A stretch of 64,000 nucleotides of DNA from Octopus bimaculoides (GCF_001194135.2 NC_068982.1:27750270-27814269), one strand, 5' to 3'. Shown: positions 11,901 through 26,600, counted from the stretch's first letter. The notes: a model not told the origin generated them from the sequence alone. Numbers and translations are program-made.

Positions 11901-14567
11901 CTATTAAGTGAAGATCAGGCCAAAATGGACAATAGGCATGTTTGATAGAAATTATCTATCTGAAAATTGTTTGTGTGTAATTAAAGTTGTAATAACTAGT
12001 TTTAAAAAAGTCTGAACACACACACAAAAAGACAGTTCTTTGAAATAACTTTTCTTACCTGAAACACAAGTTCAACCTTTTCCATATGGACTCCTAAAAA
12101 CTTGGCATTCACTTCAAAAACACCAGTCTTCTCGGTATTGGAAATCTCAAAAAGAACATTCTTAAACCTGTAAGGATAAAATAAAAAGTATACTTCACTA
12201 TTAGTTAGTTACCAGGCATGCATTATCAACTTCATATTTCACAGCTAAAAATTCTACACAAATTGAGTTCTACACCAGTTTATTAGTTTTGCAATGCCTA
12301 AGTGAAATATATGTATGTGTGTGTGTGTGTGTCCCACTATTGCTTGACAAGTGTTGATGTATTTGCATCCCTGTAACTAAGCAGTTTGGCAAAAGAGACT
12401 GATAAAGTACAAAACTTGAAAAAAGTACTGGGGTCAATTTATTTAATTAAAAACTCCTCAGGTGGTGCCCCAGCATGGCTGCAGTCTCATGACTGAAACA
12501 AGTAAAAGAGAAAAGATATATATAAAATTCAAAAGATTAGTTTTCCTCTTCAGTTCTGATGGGTTGCTGAACTTCATGAACAAACACTAAACTGGATGCC
12601 ACTAATTTGTGAAAACTCATTCACAAACACACTTCAAACATCTGACTCTACACATCTATTGTTTCTCCTCTGCTTATTCTATCACTGCTTCTATGAATTC
12701 CCTACTCTTCCCAACTACCTTACCCAATCCTTCCTCCCTAGAATACCAGCCTTCTGGAATTCTCTTGTAGATGTGACTATCAATCACATCAATATCTCAA
12801 CGGTGTCTAGAAGTTGGTTGCTAACCTCATAGACACTGCTCTTTCATTCTCGACAAAAATCCCATACCAACAGATCAATTCAACTGTACACCACAATTAT
12901 ATATATATATAAACCCATATGGCTAGTCTTTTATTTTAATAAAGTAAGCCCTACAATGCAAAATCAGGCTTTTGTTTTTCATTTTATAAAATTTTATTAA
13001 TACTTTTTTCCTGAAAGGGTAGAGTCTGACTACTCCAGGTCTTGATAAGTATTATATTACAAGCTGTGAGCTAACATAAATATTACTAACATTTATTTGT
13101 ATCACTGTCAATGATCTAAGTCAGTTGCAAAAGTTTGTGGTAGTGTAACATCTATGAATAATAATCAGTGAACTTACTGGTTGACAGCCAAATCTTCTAT
13201 TTCCAAAATCAGGCCCTTCTCATAAAGCTGGGCAGCACTGTATTTCACAGTGGTCAGATTGTCATCTTTACGAAACAGGGTAAAAGACCTTGATTTGCGA
13301 CTGGAGATTTAAAAAAAAAAAAAAGGAATGTTAAAAATTTCCTGGATANNNNNNNNNNACTTCAAATGGCAGCAACAAAAAAAGTTTGGTATTTGGTCAC
13401 TTAATAGGATACAAATTTCAACATTCATTCTTATGAGCAGACAATATCTCATCAACAGAACATTTTGTTTTTACTAATAACAGTTAGCCTAACTCTTATA
13501 GGCTTCTGAAACACTTCACATGACAGAATATGAACTTAAAGAAAAGCTTAACAATTCAACTTGGATCAATAACAATTTAATAGCAATGTGCTGATGACCA
13601 TAATTGGTATTATCATTTGCTTTAAGAGATCACTAGGTTATAAGCAGAACATGCTGTTCTTAAGAATTAAGTGAAGAAATGAAATAATATATGAAATCTT
13701 AAGATCTAGTTGTTACAAAATGAGTAGAAGAACATCAGAAACATTTTCAAACTTAGGATGGTCTAGAGTCCCAAATCCAAAGATCAGCATGGCAATATCC
13801 AGAACCATCTGAAAAGTAGTCTTGCTTGGTATGTAAAAACTATGTATAAAGGAATTAAATATTGGGTTATAAGTGCAACCAATAGGCATAAAAATATAAT
13901 GAAATTTCAGATAGACTGGATGGAGAATCAGGACTTCAGACATGACAGATGCAAAAAAAAAAAAAAAATAGTTAGCAGTAAGAGCAGCCATCATGTAATT
14001 CGTGAACTGCTCAAATGGCCTTTTCCTGTATTGATTAATTTTTTTCCATTGCTTAGTCTTGGAGAACCTACAAACAGTCAAAGACAATATTTGACCTTTG
14101 GGCAAAAGAAAGAAATCATAAATCATGGGTTATCTTTGGACTGAATGCTTACAATCAATTGGAGTCTGTTAAAAGCACTCAGGTATCAACTTACAACAGG
14201 TACAGTGCTTTGAACAGACTTTCGCATAGTTTCGGTCAATTCAATTTCATTCACATAGCATAGATTGACCTGAGGCTTTGGGAGAAAACATTTGCCTAAG
14301 GTGTTGCACAGAGGGATCAAACCTAGAACTATATGGTTGCAAAAAAGCCTTTTCATTGCATAGCCAAGCTTGCTAGATATAACAGATAGTTTTGAAGTTT
14401 TGGTTGTTTACATCATCAAATGAGTACTGTGATAGTTGAAGAGAAAGAGTAAAGTAATGGTTGAAGAGAGAGTAGAGTAATAAGTATAAGAAAGGAAGGT
14501 TAAAGAAGTTCAGTGCCATCTCCTTTGTTCACAAAGGATATACATACACACACACATATATGTGTGT

Positions 14568-14629
<62 letters not shown>

Positions 14630-17600
14630 GAGAGAGTATATGTAAGAAAATGGTAAAGATTATGAAGACACATAAAAGTTGAGATGCTGTATGGTATTGA
14701 AATTTGGACATTGAATACAAAGGATCAGCAGTTTGTAAGGGGAGCGTGTTGATTATATGCAACAAGTTTTAAGAAAGGCAGAATCAAAAAGTAGTTGAGA
14801 ACTGAAAGCCATCTGCATTAGTATTTACAAGTAAAACATGAAGATAACATGCTTAATGAAAAAGTAGCTCGTAGTAAGAGATGGGGAAGTTGGAGCTCAC
14901 AGATGAAATGACAGAAGAGTGACAAAACCCTTTTAGTGCAAACAAACTCTTCTAGCTTTTGACAACATGGGGAAATAGTTAATAAAATACCACTACCAAT
15001 GAAATAACTTGAAACTGATTTGAAAGTAAAAAAAAAAATCACAGGAAGAATAATGATTTTTACTAACTTTTCCTTGTGTGCCATATTATCCAAGCAGGTT
15101 TTCACATACAGGTTGTAATAGTCGATTTGTTCTTCATAGAAAGCCCTTTTATTGTGCAAACTTTTTACTGCACTTCGTAGTCGTATCAATTCCTGTCTAC
15201 GTGTATTTCTATAACGCCGTTGGTTGCGAATATCCTATAGGTGTAAAAGGAAAAGATATTTTTTAATTTGAAGAATATAGGACTGATAATACAATATGTT
15301 TGTACCTTGTTCATTTTTCCATGTTAGCTTGGGTTATGCAAATATATTTTGAAGGTATTGTTTTATAGCTGGTTGCCCTTCCTGTGGCTAAATAAGGGGT
15401 ATCTTACTTGACACATCTTTGAAGGTACAAAACCAGTAGTCAACTTGTTAACAGGAGAGCAATGTCACCATCCATAGCTGAGTGAATTTTCTAAGTGTAA
15501 ATGTAACCAAAAACATGCATGCATACACACACACACATGTGCATATATATGCAAGTTAAAGGTTCCTCTCCTGTTTTTCTTAGTCCTACAAGCCTTCACA
15601 GAAAAGTTTTAAAACTGAATGTCCATGGGGAGTTCTATATACTGATAATCTAGTTCATAAAATGAATTTCTTCACACTACAGCTATGCCTGCATCTTAAT
15701 CCATTTGATGGATTAAGTATATTAATTTATGAATGTCCATAGCATGAACCCTTCTTCAATTGAAGATGGTAACTACTTTCCATTCAGGTAAACTTGATAA
15801 TAATGAAACAGAGAAGTTAAAAATACAATGAAATGATTAGCATGCACCTCAAAATTAGTATTATCTTAAAAACCAACAGTTTCACATGGTTTGCAAGTAA
15901 TTCTCAATTGATTGAGCTAGTTAAATTAATAATGAAGATGTTTGATATTCCTTTAAAAAAGTCAAGATATATTTTTCCTTTCTCATGTTTAAGATGTAAC
16001 ATGAGAAATTTTATTAAAAGACTCAAAATCATATTACATTGGGTTAGATACTATCCTATTTTGTTTGAACTTTGGAATTCATCAATGTCTTTTTACAGCA
16101 AGTATTTTGTTAAAAAAATATTTTTGTCGCTATAAAAGTTAACTTTTACCCGTGCAATAGAATTAATGATGTCTTGGTATTTATTTTTTCGAGTTACTAA
16201 ATTGGCAAGTTCAAGATTTTGAAGATTCTTTTTAATTTTTCCTTTCATCATTTCCAGGGGTAGCCTATAAATAAAAATAAAAACATTCACTAACTGCATT
16301 TCAGAACTGTTCATATGAAGTTTGAATAAATGCATTTTGTATGATATATTTATAATAACGTTGTTTTACTACATCATCTTTATAACTTTAAATACTCTTT
16401 GTAATACTGCTTTACCACATAATCTTTTATGACGTTAAATACTTTTTATAATGACATTGTTTTACTAAATACAGTAGAACCTTGTGAAGTATATTTGCCA
16501 CTTAAATGCGGCTAAACCCTCGTTCAGAGATTTAACATTGTTAGTAGAACCTTGGTTTTCAAACAACTCTGATCACGAATAAATCGTACTTTATCTCTCA
16601 TCTTTCTCATATTCATTTAATACAGTAGTACCTATGTTTACAAATGCCTCTGATCACGAATAAATTGTGCTTTATATCTATCTATCGATCTATAAAGCAC
16701 GATTTATTCGTGATCAGAGTTGTTCAAAAACTCTGAGGTACTACTGTAATCATAATCAAGGCTACCATTGAATTTGTTCATTTTACATCCATTTTATTTT
16801 CGAATAAGCATGGGTTAGACAAATATAAAATTGAAGCATTGCTTTACAACCAGATAGTCTTCATATCATCAAAGGTGAGCAGGAAGTGGATGATTTGTTG
16901 GCAGAAATAACAACAATATAGCTTGCAACTCACAACTTTCCAAGTAAGTTAACACAGAATACATAACAGGCAGTTTGCAGTTTCTGTCTCCCAAATTTAC
17001 AAGGCTTTGACTGGTCCGGAGCAATAACAGATGACACTTACCCAAGGTGCCATGTATTGGGGTTAAAAACAGATTCACATGGCTGGGAAGCAAATTTCAT
17101 AACCACACAAGGTATAATTCAGAGTCATTGACAATATATTTTGAAGAACAATAAAATCTCTGTTACTTCAAAATGATTTCATTTTGTCACTAAAAGTACG
17201 AACACAACTTACCTATTGTCACCCAACAGAGAGGTTTGTCGCTCTAATTTTCCTTGGTTGGAAGCTTTTTTATCTATCATGTCACGCTTTTTAATCAATG
17301 CTTGGTGAATGTCTTCCTGAAGTGCAAAACATTTTAAAATGAAAGTGGTAACTATCTGGGACAATATTTATTATAAAATATCAATACTTAAAAGACACAC
17401 AACCTTACAATAGATTAAATAAGTTTTCCCTCAACTAAAACTATAAATCAAGAGGCTTAGAAAAATTCTCAAATTCAAGTTTGTTTTTAAAGCAAACAGT
17501 TGAATGTAAGAAAAAAAAAATGCAATTTCCATTTTAGATAGATAAAGTTGCAACAAAACAAAATAATGCAATCGAGGATTTGATAATTTATTCTTAATGT

Positions 17601-20600
17601 GTTCTGGCAGATTCAAATGCAGACATATAGTTGTTGCTGTTGTGTACATCACAGGAGAACAACTTTTACCTTTTACAACATATTCATAACACATTTGGCT
17701 CATTGGTACAAGGTATTCTGGGACAACAATGTTTCTACATGTGTCTCACCAGCCAGAAGTACCCAGACCTTTAAGCCTAAACAAGCCACTGGTTTGGTTT
17801 ATAATTTCAGAAAACAAAACTGTTCGCCAATTAGTGCTTACATCTGCCAACCTGGTATGGTATGACACCCACATCAGTGATAGGTCATAAAAGTCAGACT
17901 ATGTCACATCTTCCACTTGGAGACTAGTGTGGCACATTGGGCAAGTGCTAGCAACCCCTTAGCCTCTCATACCAGGGATATAGTAAAGACAGTATCAGCA
18001 GGATGTTGGATAACCGACAAGATAGAGGAGTCCTAGACCAACAGCTTGAAGATTATTACAGCCAAACAGAAGATCTGCATCATGAGACAATGGTTGGATG
18101 TCAACTAGCAAGCAAGTTGCTGCTGCGGGCAGCAGTATCATCAACAATGCTTGTTGCACTCTTGTACACTACTTGGTACCTGGTCTGGAAGCTCAGAGAG
18201 GCAGTCCAGTCTGATGGGAGTAATGATGTCAACTGCCTTACCATCCAAGGCATTTTGTTTCTGAACAGAACAGTCAACATCAACTTACAATGGACAGTCA
18301 ATGATGATATCTGCCAACCAATAAAAAAAATTGTTATTTGCACCATGTACAGCAAGATTTGAAATGATTTGCATATTTATTCTTAATGCATTCTGGCAGA
18401 TTCAAATCCAAAATATGCTAGTTGCTGTTGGGTACATGAAAATAATGATATTTAAAAAAATAAAGCAATTATAAACATTTAGTAATGTTTTAGTTTAAAA
18501 AAAATATATCTTGACAACAAACTATTATATTGAAGTATCCTCCTTACTTGTTCATCTGTTGATGGTACTTCCAAAATCTGCGAAAGAGTTTCTCCAGATT
18601 GGCAGGCTATTACATCAACTATCATTTTCTTTGTTCTAAAAAAAAAATAAAAGTTAATAAAAAAAAAATTTGAGTCAGTTCTTAACCTTAAATTATAGAA
18701 GCACTTCAATGACCATAGATTTAATCTTAAAAAAAAAAAGAAAAAGAAGACAAACAAACAAACAAATCTATTGAAAATTTATGTGAATTCTGAACCCCCC
18801 CACCCAAACAATCCTGTCTCCATCTTTACTTTTGTGTTTTTAAAAAGTTCTTGTATGGCTTTCATCACAAAATAGATTGATAAGAATAGAAATTGTGTTG
18901 TAGTCACTGAAAGTATAAGACTATTTTGAAGATATTCTTTAAAAAAATTCACTAATGATTATTATTCATTATTTGGAAGCTGACAGTACATTTGCATGTT
19001 AGTTTAGTAAAAAGAGAAATAAATGTATTTAGCTAGGTAGACTGAAGTATGTTGAGTGATGTGTTTGTATATGAAGGGATTGTAGCTGTGTTTTTTTAAC
19101 TAATGATCATGTGGTTAGTAGTCAAATAGTTTTATCTCTCAGATATCTATATAAATGAAAAAGATACAAAATGAAAAATACAAAATTACCTGATCATCAT
19201 TCCTTTAATGTCAGACATATCGTCATCAGGGACCTCGAATTTATTCATTAAAGTGAGAGTAATTTCAGTTTTAGCCAACTGAGCTCGTACACTCTCATCT
19301 AGGCCATCTTCTCCCCCTGCATTGATCTCGGCACCTAAAAATTGAAATAAAATTTCATTCCAACACTGATATTGGAGGCTACATATTTTCTTCTTAAAAA
19401 CTCAAAATGGCATTTTAACTCAAGCAATAAATATGGATAAAATTTTATTCAAATTGTTAGTGAAACTGTTTTTTTGTACATGAACATCTTAATATCAGAT
19501 AGTTAACTTTGTAATGAAAAGAAATAACTTAGAGAAATAAACTTTGGCATGTACAGTAATATACTTTTTCAAAATGAAAAAGGTAATTAATATTTTTTCA
19601 ATATAATAAGCTTCACAGAAAAATTCCAGTATTAAATTTTGTTGTTTAACTATTTGGATACTGAAGTTTTAAGAATATGAATCCACTGTTAATGTTATTA
19701 AATTATTATTATAAGGGATGAATCTGAGCTCATAACTTCTTAAATATCTAAACATTTACTGAGAGGATAATTTAAACGCCTGCTTTTAACTTTTAATATT
19801 TGCATTTATTATTTTCCTTACAGAAAATGATTTTCAATTCCAAATGACTGAAAAAAAAAAAAAGAACAAAAAACACACTTTGGAGAAAATTGATTTTTTG
19901 CAATTACAACATAAAAGAGTCAGTTTAGCCATTTAAAAATACAAGAATCTGCTATTTCCACTTTTCTTAAGTTACCAAAATCTTTCATCATACTGTTATG
20001 ATCCAGTAACAGACACAGTTCCACTGAGTTGCAGTAGAACTATTACAATGGTCAGGTTGCAGCTGTGTGACACCTCACAAAATAAATTAACAGTTAATTT
20101 AACAGATTCCATGAGTTTTTAAATGGCTAAAATGGTTCTTTTATGATGTAATTGCTTCAGTTTTATACTTGGTCTCAGAGCATGTCATTTGTTAGAGAAG
20201 CACAATTTCAAAATAATCTTTCCGAAAAAAAAAAGCATATTCTTACCTAATAAAGCATCAACCGTGGGGCACTCCCCAAGATCTTCCAGCAGTTCATTTA
20301 GTGGATCATTATGATCTGGTGAAATGGTATCTTGATGTTTCAGTAAAAGCTGCAAACAAAATAAAAGATTATTTATTTACTAAATTATCTGTATTTCAGA
20401 GGATTTTTTTTTTCTTTTCCTCTTAAGAAATTTCCTCCAAATTAATAAATGACACGAATGCATGAAAACTATGTGGAAGCCTGTTGTGTGTACATCTATC
20501 TATCTACTTACCTGTGTGTCTGTCTATGAGTGTGTGTGTGTATGTGTGTTCTTCTCCCATTTATTTCACTAAACCCTTCAAGGTGGTGCTCAAGCATGGC

Positions 20601-23600
20601 TGCTGTCTAATGACTGATTGAAGTGAAAAGTATCAAATTATTCTGTTTATACATTATATAATTTTCTATGAAACACTTTCCAAATAGAAAAGTCAAACAC
20701 TGACTGACTGACTAGATATTCTAACAATAAATAACTACATTATAAATATTAATCTTCATTATTGTATTCTAACATAGAATGTAAAAATTATTTAAATTAA
20801 GATCACAACATACTAACAACTGACTTTAAAAACAAACAAACACACCAACAGAATAATAATGCAATTTGGTTTTTACATGAAATATTTAGTGATACAGTAA
20901 ATACTAACTTGGTGAGTATCACAGATTTCTTGAACAGACATGTAGATTACTGGTTTTGACACCATAGTGGCATCCGTATATTGGTCGATGTTAAACTTAT
21001 TTTCTAAGTCTTCAACTTCACAAGCCATTTGGAAAAAGTTTCTGAAATAGCATTTAAAAAAAAAAATCATTATAATCAAGTAATTTCTCTATAACATTAG
21101 AACGCTCTATTAAACTTAAACTTAGCATTAAGATTGCTCTATCATATATAATGCTTATTTATTCATATTGTTTAATTTTTAGGATGACATTGGAAGGTAG
21201 GAGTGAGAAGCCAGATCTAGCTAGTTTGAACATAAAACACAGGTAGAATATTTGGGTCAGATATGGCTGGTTTAAATGCTAAAGGGTTAGATCAATGTTT
21301 AATTATGGATGACAATGTCTTTTGACTTTGATAAGAGCAATTAGTATCAGTAAACTACAATAAGTGGTCTGATTAAAAGAATTGTAAAAATAAATCATTT
21401 TGCTATTGGCAAAATGACTGCCCCTTCCACCAAGACAGCAATAAGAACAAATAAATATTTTACATTTGCAAGTTGTATAAACAAACTGGTATTTAATGAC
21501 CAAGAGGTAAATCTTGAAAGCTTTTTACACAAAATTTTTTCATTAAAAAGCAGAAAAGCTAAAATGAAAATACTTACTTGAATTTTTTATGAGCTTCTCT
21601 GATGTAATCGTTCATACAAGAAAGATGGCTACTGTCACCAGCAAACTATAAAGGTTCAATTTAAAAAAATAAAATAAAAAAGGATATGTTTATATTCAAG
21701 TCAGATGACAAAAGTTTTTCAACACATAAGCTGGTAAATAACAGAGTTTCTGGAACCATTCCAAAATTAAAGTGAATGCAAACCTCACCAGCTTAATTAA
21801 CAAAACTGAACAATTTTTGTTTTTGAAATTAATATCAAGAATATTATTCCTAAAATATAAGACATGGCTATGTAGTTAAGAAATTTGCTTTGGTTTACTA
21901 AAATTTGATATTGATCATTTACAAATTAAAGAAGTTAATATAAATTTTTAAGATATAAAGAACTAGTAAGATGATCTCACCCCCTTGTTAGATGCAGCAA
22001 ATTGAAGAATCTTAGCAATTGACCCAAGATTCCTCCGCTGGTCAGCACTAAGAGCTTTGTTGGCGCTGACATCGATAATATCAAAAGCATCTGGAGCCAC
22101 AATGGCAGAATTTATGTAGCGGTAATAGATAAGGTTACCAACAATCTGCAAAAGAAAAACAAAACCATTCTATAGTAAAATACTAATTAAGTACCAGTAT
22201 AATATGGTTTTCACTGAATATAAAAAAAAAACAACAAAAAATGGAGAATAGAATACAATAGATTAATAAAATATTTTAACAATCGTAAATCATTTCTTTA
22301 TAATGGCAAATAGTATATACCCAGATAATATTATAATGAAATATATATTTTAGATAAACGGAATTTATCAAATAAAAAATGTAAGATCCTGGGAAATTGC
22401 ACAAACTAAACAAACATTAATATACAAATGCAATAAATATTTCTTGAAAAAAAAAAAAAATTCAAGATTAGATAACTCTGGATAAAGATATATATATATA
22501 CAAGAAAATCCATGGAGAAATTCAGATAGTTATTAAATGATAGTAGTTGAGATGTATAATATATACATTTCATATTAAGTCTCCTTGCTAATAGTCATCT
22601 TTGTTACTATCTAACACTCTACCTTTCTCTTCCCTACTCTCTCTCTCACACACACACATTATGTTGTCTGATTAACAAGAGATGTAACACATTTGCAGCA
22701 TTCATTTTCAATCACCTCCTTATCACTGCATGTCATTATTGCTAACCATCTCTCTCTCTAATTTTTCTCTCACACATTACTGACATTCATCAAGCAATCA
22801 GTCTCTTCTATTAGTCTTTTTCTCATCATGTCACTTCACTAAATTCTGAAGTCCAAGATGCAGTTGTTGCATAACTTCAAGAAGCTAAGATATTTTATAT
22901 TTACATTTAAAGCTCCCTCATTCTTACTGTTTTTATTTTATTTTATTTCCTTAACAGCATCCAAAATGTATAATCTTTTTCTCTTTCCTACCACACTCTC
23001 ACTTACGTTGCTTCTATTCAATCTCCTTACCAACAATTGCTATCTAGCTCTCTCACTCACTCACTCTCCCTATCCACTTGTGTTAGAAAGGAATGAATAA
23101 AAGGAGACAATGTAAAGTAGAGAGGAATCGTTAGTTGTAACAGGGAGAAGACAACTCTCCTACTGGTACAAAGATAGAATGCACCTAGTATACTCATTAA
23201 AGTGGTTGGCAATAAGAGCATCCAGCAGTAGAAACCATACTAAAAATATAATATATGAATGAGATGTAGTCCCTGACCTGTCTCAGAACTGACTTAAATC
23301 ATCATGACCAGTCCAACCAATGCCATCATAGAAAAGCAAATCTAATAGGATAATGATAAAATAGGTTGGGATATATATAACATTTTTTTCTTCCTATCAA
23401 TTTTGTTACAGATTTTAAACAAGGAAAAATAAGAAATACCAAATAAAAAAGTTTAAAAATTATTGAAACCAAAATATATTTCAATTGAGATAGACCGGCA
23501 AAACAGAACTAGTATGATACTTGATTGAAGTAAGCATAAAATATGTATTCATTGGAGCTAAAAACCTGATAGCTAAAACATTTTTTAACATTCATTTTTG

Positions 23601-26600
23601 TAGTTAATGAATGTGCATTTTTTTTTTGTAAGTGATAAGATTTGAAAGTCTTATTGACATTAGTTTAAACATGCACAAATTTAAATTAGCTGAAAATACA
23701 AGGAAAATCACATTCTAATGTATAAAAAATAAGAAAGCATCACCAAATACCATGCACAACATAAGTAGCTGTCTAAAATCAACAGGTTCAGAATTCATTA
23801 TTTATGAAGAGGAACAAAAAGGAAATTAAAAAAGTAACTAAGATCAATCAGTATCTAATGGGATATAAATAGAAATGAAAATACAAAAATGCATAATACA
23901 CAAAACAAAATTATGTAATGTTAAGATGAAAAACATTTTGTGAAGATCCTAGATTATTTTCCTTTTAGAAAAAGAAAGAGAATTTTATAATTGAAGGATG
24001 TGACAGTCACTACAAGTCTGCAATAATAGCAAACAACAAAGAAGAGGTAACCACTTAGTTTAGTTCTTAAAATGTCAGTTCTTATTGTGGTTAAGATTAG
24101 TCTTCTGTCTCAGAAAAAATGAAATCCTGATAAAAAACTGAATATGTCAGAAAAATATCAGGTGCCTGGCTGTTGGCATGGGCAATTAATATGAATTAGA
24201 TTATTAAGATAAAATGCAACAAAGCAAACTCTTTTCTTGGATTGTTGAAGTGCCTGTTGGCTTTAAATGAGCAACTCATTGTTGATGTCACCCACATATC
24301 AATATCAAAATAACTGGCCTAATTATCACAAGCCAGACATAACATATTGATTTGTTCCTTGTTCAATATATCAAACCTTACATAAAAAGAAATATGATGA
24401 AGTTTGATGAAAAAGAGATAAGATGAAAAGAATGCTGGATGAGCAAAATAAACAGAAGCACAATATTAAAACCACAGCAAACTGCACAAACTACAGCAAT
24501 GCATTTTGAATCAAGAAAAAGGCCAGCACTAAATATTTTAATTGAACTGTTGAATAACAACATTTCCCTTAAAAAAATATCAACTATCTACAATTATAGA
24601 CCCAGAAACAGCAATTCATGCTTAGTTTAAATCCCTAATTTATGAAAATTGGAAGTTTATCAAAGTATAACTAAAGTGTAATAGTTGCAATAACTTAAAT
24701 CGTTAATGAAAAGTATAATCAATAATAATACTTACAACTGGGAAAAGATAGAAAAAGAATTTCATCAGTAACATTATTGACCTGATGATAGATTTTCTGA
24801 AATCAAGCTGAATTATTGATTTCTGAAAAATTTCTAAACTTAATTTGTAACATGTCAAATATTTTGTTCATTTCAATGCCTAATCAGGTTTTGAAATTAG
24901 CATATGTTTTGTTTAAGAGAAGACATTGTAAAGAATAAATTAAAGAAAATATTTCTATTTTTAAAGTATCAATAGACCGTTATTTTTTGGTCAGATTTAA
25001 AAAGCTTAGGGTTTTCAGTGTGTTAAAATTTCCATCTTCAAATTTCAACCAAAGCCTTAATATGAAAAATAAAAGCATAGTTCTAAACATTGAACTGTAT
25101 CTAAAATTATTTCTTTATTTAAAATAAAGAAAATTTAACTAGTTATATTCAAGTATTTTCAATTTGCATTAAGTAACTGAAAATTATTTAAACCAGAGAA
25201 CTGGTATCATGGAATTTATGCAAGAAGAAAAATTTAATATCCTTTTATATTAATCTACTCCCTTCACTAAATGACAATTTGGAAATTAACATTAAAAGGA
25301 TCCTTTAACTTCATTTTGTAAAGACTTCTTATATCTGCAATGTTACAACTGTTTCCTGTATTGGAAGACTAAACCAATCCCAGACTTTTAATGGTCAACA
25401 AGATTTTATGTTTTCTGTCAAAGCCCTTGCAGAAATCCTATTAGGATCGAGACACACACTTGCATATAGGAATGACAAACACTACCTGCTAAATGTCCAA
25501 CCACCACAGTTCACTTCCTGACACTGGAATAAACAATGTCAACATTAATTTGGTGACATTAATTGAATACTAATAAATTCAATCAATGTATATCTGAAGA
25601 GAGCTAGGAAAAAAAAAAAAGGCTAAATTATACAATATACATACTTTGAGGACATCTTTTTCAGGAGCAAGAGGAAACTTTTTCCATAAAGCAGCTTTCA
25701 GGACTTTGGCCATGTAACGCATTCCATACCTAACAGTAAGAACAATCATCAAATAATTGAGATATTTGGAGCAAGTTTTTTTTTTTATAGAAACATTCAA
25801 ATATTAAAATTTTGACTGAAATATCTAAACTTTAGTCACTTATTTTTATGTTCAGTTTGCTGAGATTCTGCAAGAATGAAACAGAAAAACATGAATGCAA
25901 GGCCAGTTTTAAATATAAAAGAAACCTTTAAAAATGATGTGGTGGTGCCTTTCTAAAAGTCTAAATCAATTCAAACTGAGAATTGAAATTGGTTATGAAC
26001 CTGGTTCAGAGTACTTACTATAACAATAAAAGATTTTAATTTGCATAAAGAGAATACAACAAAAGTGGCTTGGGTGATATGTTTCAATTTGACCAGACTA
26101 AATAACTAAGTGAATATTGTTAAGAAAATGTGTTTTTGTGTGTGTGTAATTTCAAGATTTCTAGCCTCTAGTTAGCCCCACTTAAGCAATAGATAGCCCA
26201 TAGATATTTGAATGTCTAGCTGTGGCTCACAGATCCAACACTTTGAATTTACTTGTCTAATTAGGTCCAATTGCACACTCCAGCATGTTACAAATAATTT
26301 TGTTTATATGTGCAATATAGCTGGCTTAGTATGTTGCAGTTCTTTTCTTGTCCAGTTCATTCTTATGTGTTTGTGAATCCTATGAGTGATCACATGGTAC
26401 ACATGTGTACTCCACCAAAGAATGGCATTTCTATTCAGCACATGCCTTCACGTGGTTTGCCTTGCAGCATAGGAGTATTAATATTTGGTAATAACAAAGC
26501 AGCTGAGGTAGTAGCAACTTAAGTGGATGTTTTGTTTTATTTTCAGTGCTGAACTGATTTGCAAAGTGATTTGATCAGAGATTTGTATTGAAATGAAGTA

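Noticed and set aside
14153-14207. Two 13-nt AG...GTAAG micro-exon-like segments
   Set aside because: Not multiples of 3 singly or together, weak pyrimidine tracts, and next to a SINE remnant.
24736-24822. 87-nt stop-free phase-0 segment with a perfect gtaagt donor (KSIIQLDF...FFFYLFPV)
   Set aside because: Intron-like composition, several competing AGs make a chance in-frame hit likely, and it would split the GRD core just before the YYR helix.
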